Of a DNA stretch of 64,000 nucleotides, positions 9,201 to 20,652 are shown one piece after another (position 1 is the first letter of the stretch; each line of letters opens with the position of its first letter). Below the pieces are notes generated by a model. It was not told the origin of the DNA and made no database searches. It worked only from the letters and a program-made list of their open reading frames with translations. Made by a program: the position numbers and the translations under genes. The stretch lies in the UHGV virus genome UHGV-1421865. One strand, 5' to 3'. The stretch comes from a virus.

Positions 9201-12200
9201 ATGGACAATACACTAAACGAATCCGAAAATATAAAGCCTATTGTTACTATCCAAAATAGGAACTATTCGACCGAAGACCGGGATAATACAATCAATGCCC
9301 TGGCCAATATGGGACAACGGCTCGGCTTAAAAGGAGACAGCGTCGCTTATCGTTATTTTACATTCGGTGACTTGTTTACCGGCAAGTACGATGCACAAAA
9401 ATATGTTGGTGTACTGTATTATGACAACAGTACAGCAAAGTTTTGTGTTGTAGAAAAAAAGGATGTGTCGTTATTATATACCGACGTTACAAAGTTCAAA
9501 ACTGTACAGGACGGTATTCCGGTATACAATACGATAGTGTCGAAAGAGATAAACAAGGCGTCGAACATTCCTATCAATAACATCGAGTACATGTGTCCGG
9601 GCACTAAGTTCTACACTGATAAGTCAAATACTAATAAGACGAACAATACGATTACCAGTGTAGGCTTCGGTAAAATCGCAGGTATGTTAGACGACGAAGA
9701 GAACAACCTCGAACTGTTGTACAGCAGATTCAATACCGAAACACACCGTCTCGAAAAGTATATTCGTATCTTCCATCTCGAAGATGTCTTTAATAACAAA
9801 TTTTATGTACTAGTACGACTCGAAGATACAAAATTAAGTATAAACATACTTGATATTTTACGTATCGACCAATATAAGAAATACTATATAGACGAAATCA
9901 TCAAACGGTTTAGCCTAAAAGGTAATCCTGAATTATCCGATTCGCGACTGTACGACCAAGGCAACTTCAACGGCGAATTGTCAAGTAACATGACAGTGTT
10001 ATTCGAAAGCATAGCCAGAAATACACCCGAGAACGATAAATACGGTCTAACATTAAACTGTACTTTCCACAGCGACGGTGTATTAGGTTATAGTATAGAC
10101 GGGGATAAAGCAAAGTTAACAAACAAATTCCTTAGTCAGTATCAACCTACACTCTCTGTACAGCGTATAATCGACTATATCAATGTATCGATAAACCGTA
10201 ATTATGAGTTTGTACTAACGGCGGTAAACAATAACATATACGGTGAGAACAAGGTTAAATTACGTCATAGTATCGTACAATCTCTGTACGAAACATTTTA
10301 TCCTGCATCACAATCACAATTATCGTACTATACAAAGACATTATATATACCCTTAGACTACAAGTTTTATTATGTCGGCAACTCGAATAACAGTGCGGAT
10401 ATTTACTATTCCAATAACATTTATATTCGACAGGTAAAGATATACCATAACAGCGACAAAGATGAGTTCAATAAACGCAATTCGCCTATTTTACAGAAAA
10501 ATGTGAAGGCGGGTGGTATTTTTTATTTCGACGACGCGGATAACGCAACAAATAAGACAGAAGTATACGGCTTTACTGTAAACTATAACGTTCGTCATAC
10601 GAATTTTATCAACTCTATTGAATCGCAGCATCTTTATACATTACCGTATATAAAAGACGAGCAATGGACGATCAACGACATCGATACTGGTGTGAACGCA
10701 GTAGGCCGAGATGCCGGTGTTCCTCATATAATCTTCGCATCGTATTTCGACGGTAAGTTCAAAATTATAAACACCAATTCACGATTCGGGTTCTTAGACA
10801 CAGAAAAAGAGGAAAATTTTACCCAAGTAGACTTACAGTTCGACGATGTAAACGGTCCGGTGACAGTGAAGGTCCCTCAAGCCTATGACGACTACCATTC
10901 TATATTCCGCGACGCTGTGATGTTTCTTTATATGAAGGTGAATACAAAGTTCGGTACTGTACGTTATCTTACGACAATTTGGGAATATAAACTAAATGCA
11001 AACAACTCGTGGTCGTTCGACTATATCCGGACACAGAATAAAAAGTACCCGATGGAACTGGGTAGTAACATTCAGGTCAGTCAATTCGATAAATTACGTT
11101 CTATTAAGTTAGACGCAACAAGTAAAGAGTTAAAGAAGAACACAGAATACGATCCCAGAGACAAGTCGGAACTTGAACTGTCGTCTAAAAAGAACTTAAA
11201 TTTTTCTATTATATATCGTCCAGACAAGTTAAACAGTACACCGACTAAAAAGTACCTTGCCGATATAGAAGTAACCAATACAGACTATAAACTGATCGGT
11301 GTATCGACTGGGACACCGCCCCCGCAACCGACGATCAACGTTATAAAACCAAATGAGTCTACTACAACAGAATCAGTACAATATACGACTGTTACAACAG
11401 ATCTAAATAGGTACATCTATCGTTCGTATATTGTCGACACTGATGCTACAGGGAAGACTGTAAAATCGTCTACACAAGTGCCAGTAAAACAATACACACC
11501 GACTGTGATGTACAGCGAGGCGCCTGACTCGTATTTTCCAGAGTATGTATTTAAGAACAATGTACCGACGTTTAACTTCGGCGAAACATTCCTCCGTGAT
11601 GTAAATGCGTTAAATAGATACAATGTTATCTCTCTGGACAGCGAAGGCCGGATGTACAATGCTTATATTGGAACACACTGGCGGAATCCCGACAAGAAAG
11701 AATTTGTTATCGGTACGTCGACAGAGAATATCAATTTAGGACGAGAAACGTTGTCGGACTATAATATGGCAGAACTGTTCTATAAGCACGATAGCCTGTC
11801 GTTGGAATTTCCACTTATAAAAACAGAATCTAAGGCGACATATCTTAGTAATCCTATATCGACACATACCATCGGTAACGTAAAACAACATTCGATATGT
11901 GGACTTGTACACGGTCATTATAGTGAACTTGCATGTGGTTATTTGGTCGACGACATGTCCAGGCTACAAGACGTCGACTCTAAATTAGGTATCAAGTTAG
12001 ATCTCACCGGTCAAAAGTTGGACGACAACGTGTTTATTAAAGTAAATCATATTAAACAGATACCGTCTAAGGAAAGGGCGTCAGAGTTAAATGCTATATA
12101 TAACAAAGACACATTATATACAACTGTTTTATATTCTAATAACAAGAGGGTACAGAACAAAGAATGCTCTGTTTACATTGAACAAGTTACTACAAAACCA

Positions 12201-12722
12201 GGTACTGCAGTAGATTTATTAGAGATACTAGGTATGAAAAATGCAGACGAAGCACAAAAAAGTAAAATTGTCTTATATATAGAACAGTATAATTTCGAGA
12301 ACGACCTTTGGGGTCTATATAAGCCGACGTACACCGCTACCGAAGTATCGTTTAAGAAGCAAGGACTGTACCGAATATGTACATGGTTAAAATACAATAA
12401 CGGGCAACATACGGGTAAAACGGTTTATGTTAAATCTATACATGCACAGGATGCTACAAACACCTATATTTGTACGTTGATAAACATCAATAAGCTACTG
12501 GAACAGAAATCTGGTATAAATGTGAATAAATTTGCAAATATAAATGTATTAAATGACGATGATAATGTGTTAAACATTAACAATCAACTATTCTTAGTAT
12601 GTAACGACGGTAAACTAATGTCGACCTCCAATAAATTTTACTATGAAAACGTAGATGTTATTTGGTATATGACCGAAGAAAAGAATGTACCTCAACTAAA
12701 CATTGAAGTTATCGATATATAA
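9201..12722 (+). CDS. Large virion structural protein, 1173 aa
   Basis: Long ORF separated from the upstream gene by 8 nt. Confidence 0.6.
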   Translation: MDNTLNESENIKPIVTIQNRNYSTEDRDNTINALANMGQRLGLKGDSVAYRYFTFGDLFTGKYDAQKYVGVLYYDNSTAKFCVVEKKDVSLLYTDVTKFKTVQDGIPVYNTIVSKEINKASNIPINNIEYMCPGTKFYTDKSNTNKTNNTITSVGFGKIAGMLDDEENNLELLYSRFNTETHRLEKYIRIFHLEDVFNNKFYVLVRLEDTKLSINILDILRIDQYKKYYIDEIIKRFSLKGNPELSDSRLYDQGNFNGELSSNMTVLFESIARNTPENDKYGLTLNCTFHSDGVLGYSIDGDKAKLTNKFLSQYQPTLSVQRIIDYINVSINRNYEFVLTAVNNNIYGENKVKLRHSIVQSLYETFYPASQSQLSYYTKTLYIPLDYKFYYVGNSNNSADIYYSNNIYIRQVKIYHNSDKDEFNKRNSPILQKNVKAGGIFYFDDADNATNKTEVYGFTVNYNVRHTNFINSIESQHLYTLPYIKDEQWTINDIDTGVNAVGRDAGVPHIIFASYFDGKFKIINTNSRFGFLDTEKEENFTQVDLQFDDVNGPVTVKVPQAYDDYHSIFRDAVMFLYMKVNTKFGTVRYLTTIWEYKLNANNSWSFDYIRTQNKKYPMELGSNIQVSQFDKLRSIKLDATSKELKKNTEYDPRDKSELELSSKKNLNFSIIYRPDKLNSTPTKKYLADIEVTNTDYKLIGVSTGTPPPQPTINVIKPNESTTTESVQYTTVTTDLNRYIYRSYIVDTDATGKTVKSSTQVPVKQYTPTVMYSEAPDSYFPEYVFKNNVPTFNFGETFLRDVNALNRYNVISLDSEGRMYNAYIGTHWRNPDKKEFVIGTSTENINLGRETLSDYNMAELFYKHDSLSLEFPLIKTESKATYLSNPISTHTIGNVKQHSICGLVHGHYSELACGYLVDDMSRLQDVDSKLGIKLDLTGQKLDDNVFIKVNHIKQIPSKERASELNAIYNKDTLYTTVLYSNNKRVQNKECSVYIEQVTTKPGTAVDLLEILGMKNADEAQKSKIVLYIEQYNFENDLWGLYKPTYTATEVSFKKQGLYRICTWLKYNNGQHTGKTVYVKSIHAQDATNTYICTLININKLLEQKSGINVNKFANINVLNDDDNVLNINNQLFLVCNDGKLMSTSNKFYYENVDVIWYMTEEKNVPQLNIEVIDI

Positions 12723-13224
12723 TGAACAGAAAAATATGAAATTACTAATCGTTTATATAACAGAAAACGATAAAATGGAATACACCCACAATCATGTCAC
12801 ATGCGGTACCGGCGGACTGTATGATGCCATGGAATACATCAAAGAAGACGAAATAAAACAGACATACAAAAACAAACAATTCTTTTGTATATCACAGATC
12901 GGCGATAACTATATCGGTGTTTATTTAGATACATGGTATAAACTATCGGAACTATCGATTTCTATACACGAGTATTTGTCGATTCCGGAAAGGTATTTAG
13001 ACGATACATTAGTAATCTTTATAGACAATAAAAAAGCACGTAAGTTAACAAAACAACTTGCAGTTAACGTACTGGACGATCTACTCTCACCGGAGAACAA
13101 CAAAATGTGGCTATGGTGTGACGAATTGGACGACCTTCCAAAAATGAAACAAGATGCGAAGGTGATCATGTCGAGCTCGGATCCGTGTACAGCGTACGAA
13201 CAGTGCAAACTCGACAACGACTAA
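12703..13224 (+). CDS. Hypothetical protein; the real start may be the internal ATG near 12733
   Basis: 173-aa ORF followed by a hairpin plus T-run terminator. Confidence 0.5.
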   Translation: MKLSIYNEQKNMKLLIVYITENDKMEYTHNHVTCGTGGLYDAMEYIKEDEIKQTYKNKQFFCISQIGDNYIGVYLDTWYKLSELSISIHEYLSIPERYLDDTLVIFIDNKKARKLTKQLAVNVLDDLLSPENNKMWLWCDELDDLPKMKQDAKVIMSSSDPCTAYEQCKLDND

Positions 13225-13230
13225 CTAAAC

Positions 13231-13276
13231 ACAGCAACTATTGTATAAAATATACAGTAGTTGCTGTTTATTTTTG
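13231..13276 (+). terminator. Rho-independent terminator
   Basis: Inverted repeat acagcaacta ... tagttgctgt followed by ttatttttg. Confidence 0.6.
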
Positions 13277-13319
13277 TATCATAAGGATTTTTACATAAGA
13301 GTACATACAAAATCAAAAT

Positions 13320-16300
13320 ATGTTATTTATAGACGATACCGGACACGGGTTTGAACTTCCCTCTTTCGATAAACTACCCGTGGGATATGAATATAACGAT
13401 AGCGGTTACAAATTCTGGGCAACCGGATACAATAGGAGCAAAGAGATCAGCGTAGGTCATTTTTGTTCCCTAACGACGTATGCCGCTGTACCGGTTAGTC
13501 ATTTGACGGATGAAAACAACGAATACGACGCAGAGTTTATAAATAACAGTCTACACATAGAGCTGTCGACGAATTCTAATGTATTTAGTCTTCTTAAATC
13601 AAAAGACGTGTCTGTACTTGCAGATTCTTCGAAACAATACTTGTCCGGCGTCAAAAGAGTAACGGACACCGATATGGTATGTACTATTATAGAAGGTTAT
13701 CTTATAATACCTATATACATTATCGGATCGTCGCAGGAAGAAGGTGACTGGTCTAGTCATGTACTGATACATCTCGAAGACAATAGTGAAGGCTATGCAG
13801 TACTGGGTACTAAAGAACAGTACTGTCCTATTGTCGTGTCGGCGGAATTTGTATCGGATATAGAAAAGTACAGTATCAATTTAGGCAATAACGGTGTACA
13901 AATACCGTATGACGTGATGCGTGCTGTGTACACTGGTTCAGGTGATCAATTCGATACGGCGAAATACAACGAGAAACTAAAAGAGTACCTTATAAATATA
14001 CATACTATTCATTCACAGGTCGGGAACTATACCTCGGCCTTAGATTCGTTGGCATGGTTCGATTGGGGTAATCTCTTAAAAGTTACAAAGCTGTTGCAGA
14101 CCGATAACGATATACAACGACAGTTTATAAGAGAACATTTTAATATCAACGAACACTTATTAGAATCTTATCGGTATTTTAGAAACTCTTCGTTACTGTC
14201 ACTCTCTGTCGACATTGACTATATTGCCGGTGAGAGTGTTCTCGACCATAGTGACGAGAGCAAGTTCTATGGTGAAGGACATCCTGTATACGACAGTCTC
14301 CTTACCAAAACTGTGGATGTCGTTCACGGTGTATGTGAGACAGTTACTTATATAAAGAACTATTTTGATTTCTCGTTCGTCGAACTGGGTATCAAACTCT
14401 CGATGCTACGGCACTATTACAAGCAACTGTTCTTACCGATTCACCTCGATGTTGCTTCGGCATCGCTAAGCGGGCATGTATGGGCAAACGATATAAAGAT
14501 GTACAATTCGGCATCGGTACAGTTGATAGAACCGACGGTACTTACCGATACAGTGCGGGTTACAGTAGAATTCCCACGTACCGACAGTCTTGTGATAAGC
14601 GAACAGGCACACCAAATCGACGACAGTTTTAATGTATTTGATAACAAAGTAGAGCGTGATGTAATGTACATCGACGAGCCTTGTATTTTCATACCTATTC
14701 GTATCAAGACGGTGAACAGTCACAAACCGGAAATGTTTTATAATGTAAATCTTATATTAGAAAAACAAATCGACGTCGACCTGTCTTATTACGATAGATA
14801 TTGTTATAGCACGGTAAAAGAGCTTAAAACTGTACGAGATATAACACTTAACGGTCAGTCTATATTCTCGGGCAATCGTACGCACAAGGTAGGTTTACAA
14901 GTGGGTAAAAAAGTAGTCTATAAAGACGTCCCGAAATCTGTAGACGATTTCAAGGCACTATTTAGTATCTTGGACGACAAGGTACAGATAATACTTAAAT
15001 TGTCGACTAACTTAGACGACACGCTAGAATTCGACGGTGTGCTGAAAGAATCGAAAATAGTCTATAAAGAGACGAGTAAGAAACTATTGGAGTCTTCTTT
15101 TAGTTTTGTACAACGACTGGACGAACACAAGAATGAAGAACATATCTACAAAGGCTTGGTAATACCCGTAGCCTGGTTAAACACGGAAGACGAACAATTT
15201 GACATCGGTGCCAGATATACGTTACGACTACTGGTGAACAATTCATGGTACAGCTACGACTTCGGTGCACATCTAACAGAACCTGAAATCCATGTCGGTG
15301 CATTAGAGTACAAATACGACGAACGCTTCAAACAGGTCTATTTCGATAATGGTGAACCGAAGTTTAATGCTTATATGTATCATCCGGAACTGGTACAATG
15401 GAATAACAAACAGTATATTTATGATCTGCACAGGTATATAAAAGACAGTAAACTAGCGGCTATAAGTGGGACTAAACTAAATAAGGGAGCGTTCTACTAT
15501 CGTTTCGAACTCGATATTGATAGTGACTACAAATTAGACCTTAATTTGTCCGAACAGGTATATAATAAACTAATAAACGAGAATGTTTACCTGAAAATGG
15601 ACACGTCTAAAATAGACAAGTCCAAGATAGAGACAGGTACGTTACAGGTGTTCGTAGACAATGAAATGTACTATATCCAATCGGGGGCGAGCGACAATGA
15701 AACATTCGACATTTATGATTTAGCCTCGCCGAACGGTGCATTTAGTATTTTACCAACCAATACAGACGTTACAAATACAGTATATCTCTATTATAATAAA
15801 ACCGATAAAGACAATAACGGGTTCGAACTGTATAATGCAGATAACAACTATTTGAGTCAACTGAAAGTACAAACCAATACGAGTAGAGATTATATAGTAC
15901 CCACACAAGTTCATAAGTTGTCGAATACGTTAGACAAATACGTACAAAATACAAGTGTGCTGTCTAAGAAATACCTTAATAGAATGCACCTATTCGAACT
16001 GTATAAGCAAGCACCGGTAAAAGACGATCTACTTTATATAAGAAGAAACTTCAATGTACAGTTCGGTAACATGCTATTTAGTCATAATATAGAACCGGAA
16101 TTTAACACAGACGGTTCGCTAAAAGTCGGAGCAAATAAGATTTTCGTGTACGCATTACCTAAATATCGAGAGACTGCACAAAACGGCATAACGTCAACAC
16201 AGACAGATATAGTAGTATCAGACGAATGGCACAATGTAGACGATACCGCAGGCAACAATACTGCACCGGACAATATAGAATACTTGTACTATACCGACAA

Positions 16301-17822
16301 TAACGACAATGCGATAAACGAGATGTCTTATTCTGTATACAAAACCGAAGAGGTGAACGAATTAGAAAAAGGTAAGAAAGTACAAACGAAATTCAGTACT
16401 ATACAAGAACTAGACGACTATTTCAATCAACCTGAACTCACTGGCGTATACTATAAAGTACTAAATATACTTGACGAGAATGGTAAAGAAATTATAGTGA
16501 CTAACCATAATTTCTATGATACTTATAATGTCTTACAAGGTAAAAGTAGTATAAAATACAGTATAAATATACAGCCTTATAAGACTGTTAAGAGCGGGGA
16601 GATAATATCTGTACCACATGTTGTGTCGGTAGATAAAGTACAGTTTGACAACGACGGTCCGTACACAGAAATCGACGGTAAACGTATTAAAGTATATATA
16701 AAGAGAGACTACGAATCACCTTATAGCGCAACACAACCAGGTATTCACTTTTATAACATCTGGGACGGTAGAGACGATGCGTACGTACAACAAGACTTGG
16801 AGTCGATAACATCGGGGCTTGATATAGATAGGTCCATAATGAACTATCTTTGTTATAAGATAAAACTACAAAAACCGGAGGGTGAAACCGACGTCAGATA
16901 CAAACTAGAACTTGGACACAACTTCACAGGTACTGCTCCGAAGCTGTATGTTTCTTGCGACGGTGGACTGTACAACTCTGTGACGAACAATACCTTTACT
17001 GTAAAATTTAACGACAACAAAAAAGAGGTAATATGTTTGTTTTATATAGAACTGCCGGACATTGTCGGCACAGATAAGTACTACGTAGAGCCTCATCTGT
17101 ATAGACTGCATGCCGAAGAGAATTCTTATGTGAATATCTATTATAGTGACACTGTGGGTGACAACGACAGTAGCATACAAGTCGGGAATACAACGTTGTA
17201 TCCGGTTTCTTCAGAACGTAATTTGCTGTATAAGGAGTTCTTTAAGGAGACAACGTTTAAGGACATACCCGGTACAGGCGATGTCGTTTATATCGACGAT
17301 ATACTAAATACGTCCGGTGCTTTGAGGGGTGAAGCCCTCCAATACGATATGTACCTCATGCACGATACGAAAAAGTACTATGTTGTACTAATATCGAGGC
17401 AAACTGAGTCCAATGTCACTACTTTGAAAGATTTAGAGTTCGTTAACAAACACATTCTTGTTAAAGGTTATAGCGAACAGAGTGAATACAAGTTGGTATG
17501 GCAACGTGCCGACGATAGATTCCTTATCAATAGAATGTCCATAAAAGACAAAGAAGGTAATAATATGTTTTCTAAAGATGAGATACCTGTTATATACACT
17601 ACTAATTACAGTAATATGTGGGCAGCACCGGAGTACGACCATAAATGGACGGTGCAGAACAAGTCGATACTTACTCACAACGAAGAAAAGACGTACAAAA
17701 CAGAGTACCTTATATTAGGAGAGAATCTTAACCGGGGCTACTACCGTATACAACAGAATTATAATATCTCTTATATAAGAAACAATTATAATCACATCAC
17801 TACTACCATCAGAGTAGACTAA
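13320..17822 (+). CDS. Very large virion structural protein, 1500 aa
   Basis: Uninterrupted 4.5-kb ORF. Confidence 0.6.
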   Translation: MLFIDDTGHGFELPSFDKLPVGYEYNDSGYKFWATGYNRSKEISVGHFCSLTTYAAVPVSHLTDENNEYDAEFINNSLHIELSTNSNVFSLLKSKDVSVLADSSKQYLSGVKRVTDTDMVCTIIEGYLIIPIYIIGSSQEEGDWSSHVLIHLEDNSEGYAVLGTKEQYCPIVVSAEFVSDIEKYSINLGNNGVQIPYDVMRAVYTGSGDQFDTAKYNEKLKEYLINIHTIHSQVGNYTSALDSLAWFDWGNLLKVTKLLQTDNDIQRQFIREHFNINEHLLESYRYFRNSSLLSLSVDIDYIAGESVLDHSDESKFYGEGHPVYDSLLTKTVDVVHGVCETVTYIKNYFDFSFVELGIKLSMLRHYYKQLFLPIHLDVASASLSGHVWANDIKMYNSASVQLIEPTVLTDTVRVTVEFPRTDSLVISEQAHQIDDSFNVFDNKVERDVMYIDEPCIFIPIRIKTVNSHKPEMFYNVNLILEKQIDVDLSYYDRYCYSTVKELKTVRDITLNGQSIFSGNRTHKVGLQVGKKVVYKDVPKSVDDFKALFSILDDKVQIILKLSTNLDDTLEFDGVLKESKIVYKETSKKLLESSFSFVQRLDEHKNEEHIYKGLVIPVAWLNTEDEQFDIGARYTLRLLVNNSWYSYDFGAHLTEPEIHVGALEYKYDERFKQVYFDNGEPKFNAYMYHPELVQWNNKQYIYDLHRYIKDSKLAAISGTKLNKGAFYYRFELDIDSDYKLDLNLSEQVYNKLINENVYLKMDTSKIDKSKIETGTLQVFVDNEMYYIQSGASDNETFDIYDLASPNGAFSILPTNTDVTNTVYLYYNKTDKDNNGFELYNADNNYLSQLKVQTNTSRDYIVPTQVHKLSNTLDKYVQNTSVLSKKYLNRMHLFELYKQAPVKDDLLYIRRNFNVQFGNMLFSHNIEPEFNTDGSLKVGANKIFVYALPKYRETAQNGITSTQTDIVVSDEWHNVDDTAGNNTAPDNIEYLYYTDNNDNAINEMSYSVYKTEEVNELEKGKKVQTKFSTIQELDDYFNQPELTGVYYKVLNILDENGKEIIVTNHNFYDTYNVLQGKSSIKYSINIQPYKTVKSGEIISVPHVVSVDKVQFDNDGPYTEIDGKRIKVYIKRDYESPYSATQPGIHFYNIWDGRDDAYVQQDLESITSGLDIDRSIMNYLCYKIKLQKPEGETDVRYKLELGHNFTGTAPKLYVSCDGGLYNSVTNNTFTVKFNDNKKEVICLFYIELPDIVGTDKYYVEPHLYRLHAEENSYVNIYYSDTVGDNDSSIQVGNTTLYPVSSERNLLYKEFFKETTFKDIPGTGDVVYIDDILNTSGALRGEALQYDMYLMHDTKKYYVVLISRQTESNVTTLKDLEFVNKHILVKGYSEQSEYKLVWQRADDRFLINRMSIKDKEGNNMFSKDEIPVIYTTNYSNMWAAPEYDHKWTVQNKSILTHNEEKTYKTEYLILGENLNRGYYRIQQNYNISYIRNNYNHITTTIRVD

Positions 17823-17841
17823 CAAAATTATACTAACAAAA

Positions 17842-18228
17842 ATGAACAAGTCGATTGTTGACCTTGCTAACGGATTTATGATCCTCAAACCTGGTTTTGA
17901 ATATAGAAAAGACGATGTCGAAAGATACCTAATGACAAACGGTTGGTCTGTGTTAAAGTCAAAGGATGAATACATCGACGTCTTCAAAGCGGAAGAGTTG
18001 TATAAGATGTACGAATTCGAAGACTTCTATGTCGACCTCGTTGCTTATATGACGTCTGGTAAGTGCACCATATATCTACTATACAAACCGTCGTACGATC
18101 CTATAAAGGAACTGACTGCGTTAAAAGAGATTATTCGACGGGATTATAGTCTAGATAAAATGAAAAATGTAGTCCATAGTTCAGACAGTGTGGAGAACGT
18201 GCAACGAGAGGCTAAATTATTTTTCTAA
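17842..18228 (+). CDS. Hypothetical protein
   Basis: 128-aa ORF. Confidence 0.45.
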   Translation: MNKSIVDLANGFMILKPGFEYRKDDVERYLMTNGWSVLKSKDEYIDVFKAEELYKMYEFEDFYVDLVAYMTSGKCTIYLLYKPSYDPIKELTALKEIIRRDYSLDKMKNVVHSSDSVENVQREAKLFF

Positions 18229-18229
18229 A

Positions 18230-18478
18230 ATGAGAAAGCAAGTCGCTAACTTGACATATTCCGAATTATGTTCTTATATAGGACAGCATGTGCGAATGAC
18301 GAGCGATTGTGATATGTTTCCGAACTTCGATGTCACCGGTGAAATACAAAATATAACTATCCGTGACAACATAGAATACATTATAACAATAGCTGTCGAT
18401 ACACATACCTCCGTATACCATAAGAAGATAATACAAATAGGTTCTAATATGTCAAATTTAACAATCGAGCTAGAATAA
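18230..18478 (+). CDS. Hypothetical small protein; start moved to the internal ATG (MRKQVANL...)
   Basis: ORF begins right after the stop of the upstream gene. Confidence 0.4.
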   Translation: MRKQVANLTYSELCSYIGQHVRMTSDCDMFPNFDVTGEIQNITIRDNIEYIITIAVDTHTSVYHKKIIQIGSNMSNLTIELE

Positions 18479-18492
18479 AATCTTTATAAACT

Positions 18493-19119
18493 ATGTTAAA
18501 GCATATCACTGAATTCTTAGATAATATAAACGAGTCGTCGTTAGATGCAAACAGTCTAAAATTATACGGTAGTTTATTAGAATCTTGGACCGCCGGCGCG
18601 AATAATACAGAAAAAGACAGCCTACAAGTCGACGTAAATAACATCGGCATCGCATCGGCACCGCCCTTAAAAGACAAAGACCTGTACGCCGATACAGTAA
18701 AGGATATTGTGACAACTAATTTTCAAGACGTCATCAAAGAGTCCAACAAGATGAAAATGACAGCGTCGAAACGCAAAGTTACCGGCTACTGGATACCTAT
18801 AACATACAATGCTGATCCGAATAACGAAAAGTCGTTGACACACATGATAGGACTTGTTCGTTTCGATACTTCTGGACTGTACATCGACTCTGTGATGCAC
18901 ATCTTAGGGATTTATATTAGTCCTGTTGTCAAAAACGATAAAGAGGTCTACAAGGCAATCCTTAGTCAGTTCGGAAAAGAATACCTTCAGAATTTTAAGA
19001 ACCTGTCGAAAACAGTGATGACGGGGCTTACTACGATAGATAATAACGACACACTGTACGATATGGGATTTGAAAAGAGCAAAGTAGGGCTACCTTTCGC
19101 AACTTATGTTATAAGATAA
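18493..19119 (+). CDS. Hypothetical protein
   Basis: 208-aa ORF. Confidence 0.5.
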   Translation: MLKHITEFLDNINESSLDANSLKLYGSLLESWTAGANNTEKDSLQVDVNNIGIASAPPLKDKDLYADTVKDIVTTNFQDVIKESNKMKMTASKRKVTGYWIPITYNADPNNEKSLTHMIGLVRFDTSGLYIDSVMHILGIYISPVVKNDKEVYKAILSQFGKEYLQNFKNLSKTVMTGLTTIDNNDTLYDMGFEKSKVGLPFATYVIR

Positions 19120-19134
19120 ATATACTCGTATAAG

Positions 19135-20646
19135 ATGAGTCAACATGGCATAAACAGAGAACAGTGGGTAAAATTCTATTATACTAAAAACGAGCAACTA
19201 CCAGAACTGTTCGGACGGTATAATACCGGTGCGTTGATAGTTGTTGAAAAAACAGCCGAAAATAAGAAAGACAAGTTTTACGAACTGTACCGTGACGATA
19301 AGCTACTGAGTTCAGGTTACGGATTCCCAAATAAAGGATTAGTAGATACACTTACCGACATTGCCGTAAAGTACAATAAAGATACCACACAGATAAGAGA
19401 TAGTGTCAAGAAAATCAAAGATACGTTAGATCTTGAATATATAAAGAAGAATTCTAATTTAGAAGACGCGTACATCGTCGTAAACACCAACGGTAGCGAG
19501 ACTAAATTGAGTGTATCGAAACTACTCGACGTAGAAAATCCGTTTTTTGAAGATCTTGTTATAACATCGTGTACATACAATATCCGATACGGCTACGGCG
19601 ACGTCAACGACGGTCTTGATAAGAACATACAAGTGCCGATAACGTTAGTAAATAACAAGCCTGTGGACGATAACGTGTCACTAGATATTCCGATAGGGAC
19701 CTTTATAAAAGAGATCACTTGTTCGTTCAGCTATAACTTAAATGACACGCTGGGTATCGATAAAGGAAAATGTACGTTCAATCTACACACCAAAGACGGT
19801 ACACATCGACTCAAAGAAATACTACCGAATATCGACATCGACAGTAGTGACGTACGAACAGAAAATGTAAACATTACGTTGTTGCTTAATACAAATGCGT
19901 CGGAAGGTATCATGCCCTACATAACAGAACAAACTGTATTGTCCGATTTGAAATTCAAAGTTAAATATGGACCTCCCTCGACCAAGAAGCTACTGTACAG
20001 TAATCCACAAGTTTACGTAAAAGACAACTTTTATAGTCGTCCCGAGTCCTACATAGAGCTACCGAAGATAACCATTAAACCTAAACTATATTTTATATCA
20101 GTTGGTATCGACGAGAATAGCAATGAAATCCCACTCAACAAAGTGTCGTTAAAGAACGTCATAGAACTTAAAAGTCTGAACGAAGGTACCATCAAATGTG
20201 ATTATATTGTTAATAAGAAGAATGTGTTGCTGTTACCGAAAGGAATGACAGTGTCGAGAGCTTATCTGGTAGACAAAAAAACAGGTTATAAAGAGTCTAT
20301 ATCGTCTACTGTTAAGTATGTGACCGTGGGAGACGTTATAAAGGTAGTTCAAGTGCCGTTAATACCGTATACCGTTACCGACCAACGCGGTGTTACTGAT
20401 ATGAACTTGTATTTTATTACAGGACTATCGGGACTAACACAGTCTGACACGATGTCTATTGTATTAGACGTCGACTGCAGCGGTACTACAAATTATTTCC
20501 GTACAGACAGTACACCAGTGAACGTTGCTAATAATTTGACGATAGTAAATGGTACAGATGTATTAAAAACTGTTATAGACGAGTCGCACGAGAACTTGTA
20601 TTGGCACGGTGTAACAGATCTATCGACAATACATTTATATAAATAA
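19135..20646 (+). CDS. Structural protein of 503 aa; could be capsid- or tail-associated
   Basis: ORF inside the structural block. Confidence 0.55.
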   Translation: MSQHGINREQWVKFYYTKNEQLPELFGRYNTGALIVVEKTAENKKDKFYELYRDDKLLSSGYGFPNKGLVDTLTDIAVKYNKDTTQIRDSVKKIKDTLDLEYIKKNSNLEDAYIVVNTNGSETKLSVSKLLDVENPFFEDLVITSCTYNIRYGYGDVNDGLDKNIQVPITLVNNKPVDDNVSLDIPIGTFIKEITCSFSYNLNDTLGIDKGKCTFNLHTKDGTHRLKEILPNIDIDSSDVRTENVNITLLLNTNASEGIMPYITEQTVLSDLKFKVKYGPPSTKKLLYSNPQVYVKDNFYSRPESYIELPKITIKPKLYFISVGIDENSNEIPLNKVSLKNVIELKSLNEGTIKCDYIVNKKNVLLLPKGMTVSRAYLVDKKTGYKESISSTVKYVTVGDVIKVVQVPLIPYTVTDQRGVTDMNLYFITGLSGLTQSDTMSIVLDVDCSGTTNYFRTDSTPVNVANNLTIVNGTDVLKTVIDESHENLYWHGVTDLSTIHLYK

Positions 20647-20652
20647 AACAAC